Positions 23,073 through 37,151 of a stretch of DNA of 64,000 nt are shown one piece after another; within the stretch, counting starts at the first letter, position 1; each line of letters opens with the position of its first letter. The stretch covers positions 1 to 64,000 of the forward strand of contig CBDCCZ010000049.1 of NCBI GenBank assembly GCA_965215005.1. The letters are read 5' to 3'. The translations under genes and the position numbers were made by a program. The notes beneath the pieces are model-generated. The model was not told where the DNA came from, did not search any database, and saw only the letters and a list, made by a program, of their open reading frames with translations. The DNA is from Kofleriaceae bacterium (GTDB lineage: Bacteria > Myxococcota_A > Polyangia > Haliangiales > Haliangiaceae).

Positions 23073-23979
23073 TGGCGGCGACGCGCCCCAGCAAGCAAGA
23101 CGACCGCAGCGCGCTGTTTGATGAGCGTTTCCTCGAGAAGCTCGAGTACCTGCACATCGTCTCGCGAAAGGTTTTCTCCGGCGGTCTCCGCGCCGAGCGC
23201 CGAACGCGCAAGGTGGGCGCCGGGATCGAGTTCGCCGATCATCGCAAGTACACCTACGGCGACGATTTTCGCTACATCGACTGGAACGTCTACGGTCGCG
23301 TGGACAAGCTCCTTTTGCGGCTCTTCGAAGAGGAGGAAGATCTCTATATCTACATCTTGCTGGATTGCTCGGACTCGATGGTGCTCGGTGAGCCCCTCAA
23401 GCTCCACTACGCGATGCAGCTAGCGGCTGCGCTCATGTACGTGGGGCTTGCCAACCTCGACCGGGTCGCGCTGATTCCATTTTCCGACCGACTCCTTGGC
23501 CGACTACCGCCAGCGCGCGGCAAGAACCGCATCTTTAAGGCGTTTGACTTCTTGCGCACCTTGCCGGTCGGCGGTCGCACCGGTCTCGGCGCCTGCGCCA
23601 AAACCTTCGTGCACCAAAACAAGCGCCGCGGCTTGGTGGTGCTGATCAGCGATTTCTACGATCCCAGCGGCTTCGAAGCCGGGATCAACACCCTGCGCTA
23701 CAACAAGTTCGAGCCCTTCGTGATGCAGGTCTACGATCAACGAGAAGCCAATCCGCTGTTGCACGGCGATCTGACGCTGATCGACTGCGAGACCGGAGAG
23801 GCCAAGGACGTCACCATCTCGCGCTCGCTGCTCGAGGCCTATCGCCGCGAGCACGATAGGTACATGGGCGAGCTTGCCGATTTTTGCACCGCCCGCGCCA
23901 TTCCCTACTTCCGCACCGACACCCGCGTGCCTTTCGACGAGCTGGTGCTGCGCATTTTCCGCTCGGGAGGCTTTCTGAG

Positions 23980-23983
<4 letters not shown>
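23072..23983 (+). CDS. DUF58 family vWA-like protein
   Basis: GIEFADHRKY..GDDFRYIDWN, LDCSDSM and ISDF motifs; directly follows MoxR. Confidence 0.92.
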
Positions 23984-26260
<2,277 letters not shown>

Positions 26261-26261
26261 C

Positions 26262-28970
<2,709 letters not shown>

Positions 28971-28973
28971 CTG

Positions 28974-29573
28974 TTAGGAGGAGCGCAGGAATTCGCCGAG
29001 GCCGAGAGCGGTGGCCAGATTTCTGGCTCGACCGAGATCGAGGACGTAGACGCCGTCCTGATCGCGCACCACCTCGCTGATACCGCCGTGTTCCTGCTCC
29101 AGGGCGGTCATTAGCGCTTCGCGGCGCTCGGCTCTCCGGCCCGCTTCACTCACCATCTCGAGCTCGCGCTTTCGCACCAGCGCTTCCGCGACCACCCGCC
29201 GCAGCTCGAGCGGGTCGAACGGCTTTTCGACAAACCGATGCACCTCGCCCTCGTTGATCGCGCGCAACACGGCGTCTTTGGTACCGATGCCGGTCACCAG
29301 GATACGAATCGCGGTTGGACATTTCATCCGCGCCGCCCGCATGAGCTGATGCCCATCCATCGCTGGCATCTCGATATCCGAGAGGATCAAGTCCAGGGGA
29401 GCGCGGCCAAAGATCTCGGCGGCATCGAGCGGGCTCGTGGTGCACACGATCGCGTACTCGGGATTGGAAATTGCGCGGCGGATTGCGGCGAGCACGTCCG
29501 GATCATCATCGACGATCAAGATGCGCCGGGGACCAGCGCCTCGTTTGCTTATGCTGGCAGCCACTTGCGCCAC
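28974..29573 (-). CDS. Response regulator (receiver domain plus short helical tail)
   Basis: ILIVDDD, SDIEMP (phosphoacceptor Asp), TG and FVEKPF motifs; no HTH seen. Confidence 0.9.
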   Translation of the reverse strand: MAQVAASISKRGAGPRRILIVDDDPDVLAAIRRAISNPEYAIVCTTSPLDAAEIFGRAPLDLILSDIEMPAMDGHQLMRAARMKCPTAIRILVTGIGTKDAVLRAINEGEVHRFVEKPFDPLELRRVVAEALVRKRELEMVSEAGRRAERREALMTALEQEHGGISEVVRDQDGVYVLDLGRARNLATALGLGEFLRSS

Positions 29574-30865
29574 CCCTTTCGATCGATGCTGCGCTCGATG
29601 CGCTCGAGCTCACGGGCCAGCTCGGCCGCGGTTTGAAAGCGTTCGTCGGGTGCTTTGCGCAGAAGCCGCGCCACCACGCGCTCGAGATCCGGCGGCAGCG
29701 CTTCGTGCGGGCTCACCGGCACCGGCGCGGGCGTCTTGACCTGATGGGCGACGATCTCTCTGATCGTGGGAGCATCGAAGGGTACGCGGCCGCAGATCAT
29801 CTCGAAGAGAATGATTCCTAGCGCATAAAGGTCCGAGCGAGCGTCGGTCTCGAGACCGCGAGCCTGCTCCGGCGGCATGTAATACGGCGTGCCGAGAACG
29901 ATGCCGGGCGGGCCATCGGGCACTTCTACCGTGTTTGGGTCGGCGCTATGCGCGGCGCCAAAGTCGAGAAGCTTCACCCGTTCTTCGCCATCGACCGCAT
30001 CGAGAAAGATATTGGTTGGGGTTAGATCGCGATGAATCACGCCGGCCTCATGAGCCGCGCGAAGGGCCCGCGCCGCGCACCGCGCCAGATACACCGCCTG
30101 CCGCACTGGCAAGGCGCCTTCGGCTTCGAGCATCTCGCCTAAGCTTCGGCCATGCATCAGCTCCATGACCAAGTAGGGGCGGCCATCGGCAAGACTGCCG
30201 TAGTCGGTCACCGTAACGATGCCATCGGCGCGAATCCGCGCGGCTGCACGACCTTCGCGCATGAAGCGCCGCACGCTGTCCGGGTCCACCGTCAACAGCT
30301 CCCGCCGCAGCACCTTCATCGCCAGTTGCTTGGCCAAGAGCGTGTGCTCGACCCGGTACACGATGCCCATACCGCCGGCGCCGAGGACCTCGAGCACGCG
30401 ATACGGTCCCACCGCCGTCTGCGCGCCAAGCACGTCGGGAAGCACGCTGGTGACGCTGGCAACGTCGCCGACCTCGTCTTTGACGACCCTCACCTCCGCC
30501 CGCAGCCCATTGGCCGCCGAGCGAATGGTCACCCACACGGTCACGACAGTCGCTTCTAGGCGCATCGTGCAGCGGCCGGTGTGAGCGCCGCGCTCGAGCA
30601 GATCGAGCTCGCAGAGCAGCGCCAAGCGCGCGATCACCGCATCGCCGAGACCACCCTCGAGAATGGTCGCGGCTACTTCGCGCCGCCCGCGCTCGATGCT
30701 CACCCGGTGAGCGTCGCGGCCGTGCTTGCCAGCCTCCGGCTCGAGCCACAGCGCGGTGGCACCGCGCGCGATCGCCGCGGCCAAGACCACGTCTGTCACC
30801 TCGACGGCGTTGGCCTGCGCGGGCGGCCGATCGGAAGCGAGGATGGAAGCGGCTTCGGCGGTCAC
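29549..30865 (-). CDS. Ser/Thr kinase with N-terminal GspE/PilB-N2-like domain; probable GTG start at 30865
   Basis: GAGGMG, AMK, HRDLTPTN, DFG and GTPYYMPPE motifs; N-terminal AIARGATALWLEP...IARLALLCELDL...GR pattern. Confidence 0.85.
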   Translation of the reverse strand: MTAEAASILASDRPPAQANAVEVTDVVLAAAIARGATALWLEPEAGKHGRDAHRVSIERGRREVAATILEGGLGDAVIARLALLCELDLLERGAHTGRCTMRLEATVVTVWVTIRSAANGLRAEVRVVKDEVGDVASVTSVLPDVLGAQTAVGPYRVLEVLGAGGMGIVYRVEHTLLAKQLAMKVLRRELLTVDPDSVRRFMREGRAAARIRADGIVTVTDYGSLADGRPYLVMELMHGRSLGEMLEAEGALPVRQAVYLARCAARALRAAHEAGVIHRDLTPTNIFLDAVDGEERVKLLDFGAAHSADPNTVEVPDGPPGIVLGTPYYMPPEQARGLETDARSDLYALGIILFEMICGRVPFDAPTIREIVAHQVKTPAPVPVSPHEALPPDLERVVARLLRKAPDERFQTAAELARELERIERSIDRKGWRKWLPA

Positions 30866-30956
30866 CTCGGCAAAATCGGTCGCATCGAGGTCTTCCTTGA
30901 GGGCTTGCTGCGGCGACCGCCGTGCGGGCGCCAGAACCCGTTGCTCTACGAGAGCG

Positions 30957-32588
30957 CTAGAAGCGGTAGGCCAGGCGCAAGAAGCCCGTGGTGGTAAATA
31001 ACCCCGGTTGCTCGGCAGCCATGAGACCGACTTGTGTGGTGAGGTCCTGCAAGCCGGCGCGGAGACCGATGAGCACGAACCAATCGAGCTTGAAGCGATA
31101 GAAGCCGACGCCGCCGACGCTGATGTTGCGGACCTTGGACGTGCCGTAGCAGGTGGTGATGTCGGCGGCGTTGCAGACGGTGCCTGCGTTATCGTCTTCG
31201 CTGCGCAGATACGTCGCGTCGAGCTCGAGCTCCGCCCGGCCGTCGGCAAGCTCACGAGACGCAAACAGCCGCGCGATGTCCGAGGTCGAGCGTCGCAAGT
31301 TCTGCTCGCCCACTCCGAAGATGCGCAAGTAATCGGCGCCGAGGCGCAAGCCGGCAATGGAGCGCCGGTCGAGAACCCCGACGCTGAGCTCCGCGGACTG
31401 CGCCGCGGCGATCGTCACTGTGACGGGTTGGTTCTGTTGGTTGAGGTTGCGCTGCTCCAGCTCGATTTCTGGCCTGCGACGAATCGCGCCGCTGGTCGAG
31501 AGCTCGAAGCGCTGATCGGCAAACGCGACGCTGAGACCGAGGCGCGCGGCCTCCGAGGAGATCCGCGTCACCTCGACATTGTTTTGCACCAGCGCGTTCT
31601 GCTCAACATCCGGATCCTCGAGTCGCGTTTGCGCCTGCACGTTGAGCGTCTCGGTATCCACCCGATGCACCTGCCCCGTGAGCCGCACGTTATGACGTGG
31701 CTTGTACTGGACTCCAATCGAGGCGTTGGTGAGTCCGCGACCGCCAGCACCTTCGAGATCGATTACCGCCAGGTGATAGATATACAGGTTGTTGCTCTGC
31801 TGCCAGTAACCATTGGAGGTCACGAAGATTCGCGGCTTCTCGACGTTTCCGGTGGAGCGATCTTCGGTGCGCGGCACGATGGCGGCAGCGGCAAAGGAGC
31901 CGTAGAGTCGCTGGTAGCGATATCCAGCGCCAAGACCTCCGGTGATCGGCAACACGCGCTCGCCCGCCTCGCCCATCATGAGTGGCTCGGTCTTGGGATA
32001 GTCGTCTTCGATGGAGCGCGAGCCGCGAGTGGGAAAGAGGCCGCCAAAGCCAAAGTAGGACCACTCGGTCGAGGCACGCCGCACCACGCGCAGGCCGTCC
32101 ATCTTGACTCCAGCAACGTCGAGCAGAAACTGCCGGCCTACGTAGATGTCGGTCTTGTCGCCGCCGCGCTTGAAATAGAGCTCGCGCAGGTCGTACTCAT
32201 TGCCGCCAAACGTGCCGGACTGAAAACGCTCGTCGCCGGTTACCCGGACTCGCGCGTCGGCGTGGAGGTCGTAGCCAGCGCCGCCGATATGGCGAGCATC
32301 GAACAGCCCCCGCAGATCGGTGAAGATTCGATTGATGGGGCTGGCGTTCTCAATCTCGACATTGCCCGCGATGATCGGATCGGACAGCCGGCCCGTCTCG
32401 CGGTGCAAGAAGGTGGTCGAGGTGAGGCTTCCTTGCACGAGCGTCTCATCGACCTCGTCGGAGACTTTGTCATTGAAAAAGCGGTCGTCTTCCGCGAGCT
32501 CCACGTCCTGCGCTGCGGCAAAGCGCCCCCACCCAACGACCGCCACGATACCGACAGTCATCGCAAAGGTTGCGCGCCTCACCGGCAT
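30957..32588 (-). CDS. Putative outer-membrane beta-barrel (porin) protein
   Basis: ATG at 32588 after AAGGGAG; signal peptide ending AAA-Q; amphipathic beta-strand pattern; C-terminal FLRLAYRF beta-signal. Confidence 0.8.
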   Translation of the reverse strand: MPVRRATFAMTVGIVAVVGWGRFAAAQDVELAEDDRFFNDKVSDEVDETLVQGSLTSTTFLHRETGRLSDPIIAGNVEIENASPINRIFTDLRGLFDARHIGGAGYDLHADARVRVTGDERFQSGTFGGNEYDLRELYFKRGGDKTDIYVGRQFLLDVAGVKMDGLRVVRRASTEWSYFGFGGLFPTRGSRSIEDDYPKTEPLMMGEAGERVLPITGGLGAGYRYQRLYGSFAAAAIVPRTEDRSTGNVEKPRIFVTSNGYWQQSNNLYIYHLAVIDLEGAGGRGLTNASIGVQYKPRHNVRLTGQVHRVDTETLNVQAQTRLEDPDVEQNALVQNNVEVTRISSEAARLGLSVAFADQRFELSTSGAIRRRPEIELEQRNLNQQNQPVTVTIAAAQSAELSVGVLDRRSIAGLRLGADYLRIFGVGEQNLRRSTSDIARLFASRELADGRAELELDATYLRSEDDNAGTVCNAADITTCYGTSKVRNISVGGVGFYRFKLDWFVLIGLRAGLQDLTTQVGLMAAEQPGLFTTTGFLRLAYRF

Positions 32589-34924
32589 ATGGACTCCCTT
32601 CCATACGCATTCAACAGCAGGGCGGGCTTCCACGCGTTGGGATTGTGACACGCCGAGCACGTGACGTAGGCGGGACCGGTGTGCGGCGGCGACACGACTT
32701 GCATTGCCGAGTCGCGATGGCACGAATAGCAAGTTGGCGATAGTGCGCCAAAGCTGCCGGTCTTATGGCAGTCGTAGCATGGCAGCGTGCGGTGCAATCC
32801 AGTGAGATTGCAGCCAACCGTGGTGTGATCGAAGCGCGCTGGCGCAAATGTCCATTGGGTATGGCACTCGCCGCAGCGCGGGGACAGCGAGTTGGAGTGA
32901 ATGTCATCTTGACGATGACAATTGATGCAAAAGTTGCCCGAGCCGGCGAGCGGCCGGCTGTCCTTATGGCATCGCTCGCAGGCTAGGCGGTCGTGTGAGC
33001 CGCGCAGCGAGAAATCCCCAACGTCGTGAAGCGCCTGAATCTCAAGCCAACCTTGGGTGGTGTGGCACGTCTCGCAGTTGGTTCCGTATTGCCCAAGATG
33101 CACCTCGGGCTCGGGATGACAGCCAAAGCAGTTGGTCGGTCGTGGCTTGAAGGTGATCGACGGATGGCACTCGCTGCACTTGGTGGTCACGTGCTGGCCG
33201 GTGAGCGGGTAGTCGCTCATCGTGTTGTGGTTGAAGATGTTGTCGCCCGCTTCGGTGTGACAACGCTCGCAGGCATCCCCCAGCTTGCCGAGGTGCGCAT
33301 CGTCTTTGGCGTGACAGCCCTGGGCACTGCACGTGGTGGGGGTGCCGCTGTATTGGCGCGCGGGGTGGCAGTCGGCGCAATCGGGAACGTTCTTGTGCAT
33401 TCCCTTGAGCTCCCACTCGGTATCTTCCGTGTGGTCGAAACGCACCGCCGGCCACTGTCCAGGCGAATGACACCGCGAGCATTGATCACCCAGCGAGCCA
33501 CGATGCAGCGAGTCTTCGTGGCATCGCACGCCACACTCGGCCGGCGTTTCCTTATACACATCGTTGATATGGCACTCGGCGCATTCGACGCCTTTGTGCC
33601 CTAGCACCAACGGGAACCGCGACTTTGGTCCATGGTAGAGCTGCACGCTCTTGGCGGTGAGTGTCACTTGACCGGGGGCTTTGTGACACCGCAGACACTC
33701 GTTATCTTTGAATTCGCGGTCGTGAACGTTGGTGTGCTGATGGCAGCCCATGCAGCCGACCTTCTTGGGATCGAAACGCTCGAATTGCGCTGGGTTCTTG
33801 CCGCGATGGCACTGCCGGCACTCGATCACCGCGTGCTTCCCCGTTAGGTCGAACTGGGTTTGGCGATTGTGATTGAACACGCTCGGCTTCCAGCTCGACG
33901 ACGGATGGCACGTTGAACACTTAGGTGGCGTACCAAATGCTTTAAAGCGATCTTTATGGCGATTGTCATCGGCATGGCAGATCTCGCAGTTGCGATTTGG
34001 CTTGGTTTTGCCGAGCTTCTTGGTGTGGCACTGGTAGCAGGTGAGCTTGGCGTGCTCGCCGCCGAGCGCGAATCTTGTGCGCTGGTCGTGCTCGAAGCGG
34101 ATTTTATCGAGCGAGCGAAACTTGGGCGAATGACACCAGTTGCAATCCTTTTCGCCGAATAGGTGGCCGTCGTGAGGACTGTCGTGGCAGTTGCCGCAAA
34201 AGTCGGGGTCCTTCTTCTTCAGGTTGAACTGCGCCTTGGGATGGCACTTGGCGCAGGATACTTCCTGATGAGAGCCCTCGAGCGGCATCTCCGCGTCTTT
34301 GGGATCGTCATGATTGAAGTCGAGTTGCCTCTTGGTGGGCTTCCACACGCTTTGGGTGTGGCAGCGCGCGCAGTCCATCATCGCCTTTTTATCGAACCCA
34401 TGCGGCTCGTCGCGGTCGTGGCACGACTCACACGACTGGTCTTCACCGAGGAAGGTCCGCAGTCCCTGGACGTTGGTGTTCTTATGACACTCGGCACAGT
34501 CGGTGGCCGCATGCTTGCCTTCGAGCGGCCAGCCGGTGAGCTCATGGTCGAAGCTCTTCATGCCGCCCACTGACTTCCAGCCCATCAAGTCGTACCCGCG
34601 CCCCTTATGCTCTAGATGGCAGGTCTCGCACTTGCGATTGCGCACTTTGGCCGATGCGTGGAAGCCCTCGCCAGCGCGGATGCGCGCCCTTAGATCGTTG
34701 TGATCGTGGCAGTCGAGGCACTTGTCATTGGACAGTCCCTTGCCGCCGGTGTGGCAATCGTTGCAGTGGTCCTGGCCGTCGATCGATGCATGCGAACGAC
34801 TCAGATCGCCCGGCGAGCTGCGCAAGAAGTCATCTTGCGCCCACGCCACGCGCTGGGCCGAGAGCACCGCGACCACCACGACCGCCGCGGCGACCGCTAT
34901 TAGACAAACGCGCCTACGGTACAT
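32579..34924 (-). CDS. Exported multiheme cytochrome c with 30 heme-binding motifs
   Basis: Signal peptide (AWA-Q). Counted by hand: 28 CxxCH, one Cx3CH and one Cx4CH. Confidence 0.95.
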   Translation of the reverse strand: MYRRRVCLIAVAAAVVVVAVLSAQRVAWAQDDFLRSSPGDLSRSHASIDGQDHCNDCHTGGKGLSNDKCLDCHDHNDLRARIRAGEGFHASAKVRNRKCETCHLEHKGRGYDLMGWKSVGGMKSFDHELTGWPLEGKHAATDCAECHKNTNVQGLRTFLGEDQSCESCHDRDEPHGFDKKAMMDCARCHTQSVWKPTKRQLDFNHDDPKDAEMPLEGSHQEVSCAKCHPKAQFNLKKKDPDFCGNCHDSPHDGHLFGEKDCNWCHSPKFRSLDKIRFEHDQRTRFALGGEHAKLTCYQCHTKKLGKTKPNRNCEICHADDNRHKDRFKAFGTPPKCSTCHPSSSWKPSVFNHNRQTQFDLTGKHAVIECRQCHRGKNPAQFERFDPKKVGCMGCHQHTNVHDREFKDNECLRCHKAPGQVTLTAKSVQLYHGPKSRFPLVLGHKGVECAECHINDVYKETPAECGVRCHEDSLHRGSLGDQCSRCHSPGQWPAVRFDHTEDTEWELKGMHKNVPDCADCHPARQYSGTPTTCSAQGCHAKDDAHLGKLGDACERCHTEAGDNIFNHNTMSDYPLTGQHVTTKCSECHPSITFKPRPTNCFGCHPEPEVHLGQYGTNCETCHTTQGWLEIQALHDVGDFSLRGSHDRLACERCHKDSRPLAGSGNFCINCHRQDDIHSNSLSPRCGECHTQWTFAPARFDHTTVGCNLTGLHRTLPCYDCHKTGSFGALSPTCYSCHRDSAMQVVSPPHTGPAYVTCSACHNPNAWKPALLLNAYGRESICR

Positions 34925-34937
34925 GGCTCGAGCCAGT

Positions 34938-37130
34938 CTACATCGAGTACTGGAAGGCAACCCAGATGTGGACCGCAGAGATGAGCACCATGATGACAGT
35001 AAACGGCACGTGCACCTTCTTCCATGAGTGTAGGAGAAGCTGCGCGCGCGGAACCAACACCCTGCGGCGCTCGATCAACATCGCTCGTCCAAGACGCCCG
35101 ACCAGCTCGCGACGTACGCGGCGCGGCGCCGATGTACCACCAATGCGCGCGCGCCTGCGAAGCCAACGCACAGGTCGTTTGAGGTCCTGGAGAATGATCC
35201 ACATCAGCGCGCCCATGATTCCCGAGCTGTCGGCAACCTGCTGCGCATTGGCGCGGTGCGCTTTGAGCTCCGCTTCCGCTTCCGCCGCGGCCGCTGGATG
35301 GTCGGCGCGAAGGCGCGCGAACGCGCGCTGGATTTCCAGCTCCTCGAGCTCGCGCCCATTCAAAAGGTCGGGCACCTGCGTATAGAGATAGCGGCCGATG
35401 ACACCGGACACCACGACGATGACCATGCTCCAAAACGCCGCCGACACCCAATTGTCGAGCTTGAGTGCCGAGTGCAGCAAGATGAACAGCGGACCGACGG
35501 TGCCGGCCATCATGTGAAAGTCGAACCACATCGTGTTAGACGCCAGCCACCGAAAGGCTCGCATCCGCCGAAACATCGGATAGATCGCCGCGATGGCCAT
35601 GAGCCCGGTGCCGAAGTAACCGCACCACACGGCGAGCTCCATGCCCGCGCGATAATCGATGCGCTCGACCAGCGCCGCCATCGGCATCCCGGCAAAGCGC
35701 GGGTCGTGACGCAGCATCAGATACTGCAGCGAGCTCTTGGGTACATACAGCCTGAGCGCGATCTCGAGGAGCGCGAGCATCCAAGCCGCGAGACCAATGC
35801 CCCACATGACCACGGGGCCGACGCGGCCACGGCGAGTCTTGGCCAGGCCGGCATCGCGAACGCCGACGCCGCGGGTGAACGGCTCGGTGGGCAAGACCTC
35901 GACGTCGCGCAGCGACACTTCTTGGTCGTAGCCCGACTTGGCAACTGCCATCTGCGCTTGCGAGCGCTCGCGAAACAGCTCACCGGCGTCGATCTCGATG
36001 AGCGCGCCGGTTGGACACGCCGAAACACACGCCTGATCGCGGTAACTGGCGCAGTGGTCGCACTTGTTGGCAACGCGCCTGGGACGGGCGATCCGCGGCT
36101 TGCCGGCGCCAAAGGCCAGTGAGCCATCCGCCTCGAGGCGCAGCTTGAAGTCCTCGCGATACGTCGGATGCTGAGGATCTTCGACGTCGACCATCTCGAT
36201 GGCGTGGTACGGACACGACTGGGCGCACAGCGTGCAACCGGTGCACGAGGCCTCGTTGATCACCACCTGCTCGAGCTCTGGATCGTAGCGAATCGAGTCG
36301 TACTCGCAGGGATCGACGCAGCGCTGATCGACGCAGGTGCGGCACGTGAAAACGAAATCCAGCATGCCGAGCTGATAGCCGCCCAAGGTGAGCCGCCGAG
36401 AGCCGTAACGCTCCTCGCAGGCTTCTTCGCATTGCTTGCAGTCGATACAGCGATCGAGCTGGCGCACGCGCACGATCGGCCCTGCGACCGAGATGCCGTG
36501 ACGCACGAAGAAGTCGAGGATCTCCTGCTTGACGCCGGTGATGTCGTGCAGCCGCTGTCGGCTGATGGTGATCGCGCGGCGAAAGCGCGCTTCGAAAAAC
36601 GGAAAGCGCACCGCGAACTCGGCCAGCGTGCTCGGCGCGATGGCCGCGAGCTCGGTGGGCGCGGTGGTGAAGAAGGCGGTCGGGAAGCCGTCGGCAGCAC
36701 TCACCGCGGCGCTGTTGAACAGATCACCGGGAAGAAAGGCAGCGACGTTTTTCTTCGCGACCCGCGCCAAGGCCGGCGGTCGCAAGAGCGACAGCTCTTC
36801 GCGCTGTTTGGCGCTCATCGTCGCGATGCGCTCCTGCAGAGCTCGGCGCTCAGCGAGCTCTGCGCCATCGAAAACGCCTGCCGCTACCTGGCCTTCAGCA
36901 ACGAACAGCACCGGCGCCAAGCCGTTGAATCCGGTGAGCGGGTCGGCAATCAAGTGATCCCGTTCGTAGACGGCGCGACGAATGCCACCGGAGGCGATCG
37001 CCGCGGAAAGATCAGCATTGGGAATGCCGTCGAAGATGTTGAGGCGGCGGAGCTGCGCGTAGTCCGCTTCGGCCGGTGCTAGCATGGAGCGCTCGCGGGA
37101 CGCGCCGCTGTCTACAACCAATTCGCTCAT
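34938..37130 (-). CDS. Fusion of a degenerate cNMP-binding domain, a 4x[4Fe-4S] ferredoxin domain and a di-heme b (ferric-reductase-like) membrane domain
   Basis: CIDCKQCEEAC, CRTC..RCVDPC, CTGCTLCAQSCP and CDHC..CVSACP motifs; about 5 TMs with two H-x13-H pairs; start inferred at MSELVV. Confidence 0.88.
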   Translation of the reverse strand: MSELVVDSGASRERSMLAPAEADYAQLRRLNIFDGIPNADLSAAIASGGIRRAVYERDHLIADPLTGFNGLAPVLFVAEGQVAAGVFDGAELAERRALQERIATMSAKQREELSLLRPPALARVAKKNVAAFLPGDLFNSAAVSAADGFPTAFFTTAPTELAAIAPSTLAEFAVRFPFFEARFRRAITISRQRLHDITGVKQEILDFFVRHGISVAGPIVRVRQLDRCIDCKQCEEACEERYGSRRLTLGGYQLGMLDFVFTCRTCVDQRCVDPCEYDSIRYDPELEQVVINEASCTGCTLCAQSCPYHAIEMVDVEDPQHPTYREDFKLRLEADGSLAFGAGKPRIARPRRVANKCDHCASYRDQACVSACPTGALIEIDAGELFRERSQAQMAVAKSGYDQEVSLRDVEVLPTEPFTRGVGVRDAGLAKTRRGRVGPVVMWGIGLAAWMLALLEIALRLYVPKSSLQYLMLRHDPRFAGMPMAALVERIDYRAGMELAVWCGYFGTGLMAIAAIYPMFRRMRAFRWLASNTMWFDFHMMAGTVGPLFILLHSALKLDNWVSAAFWSMVIVVVSGVIGRYLYTQVPDLLNGRELEELEIQRAFARLRADHPAAAAEAEAELKAHRANAQQVADSSGIMGALMWIILQDLKRPVRWLRRRARIGGTSAPRRVRRELVGRLGRAMLIERRRVLVPRAQLLLHSWKKVHVPFTVIMVLISAVHIWVAFQYSM

Positions 37131-37151
37131 CTCGCGGCTTTTCGAGCCTCC

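Noticed and set aside
30866..31357. N-terminal 164 aa of the 602-aa kinase ORF in the track
   Set aside because: Mostly overlaps the porin gene in another frame and is low-complexity; the real start is likely near 30865.
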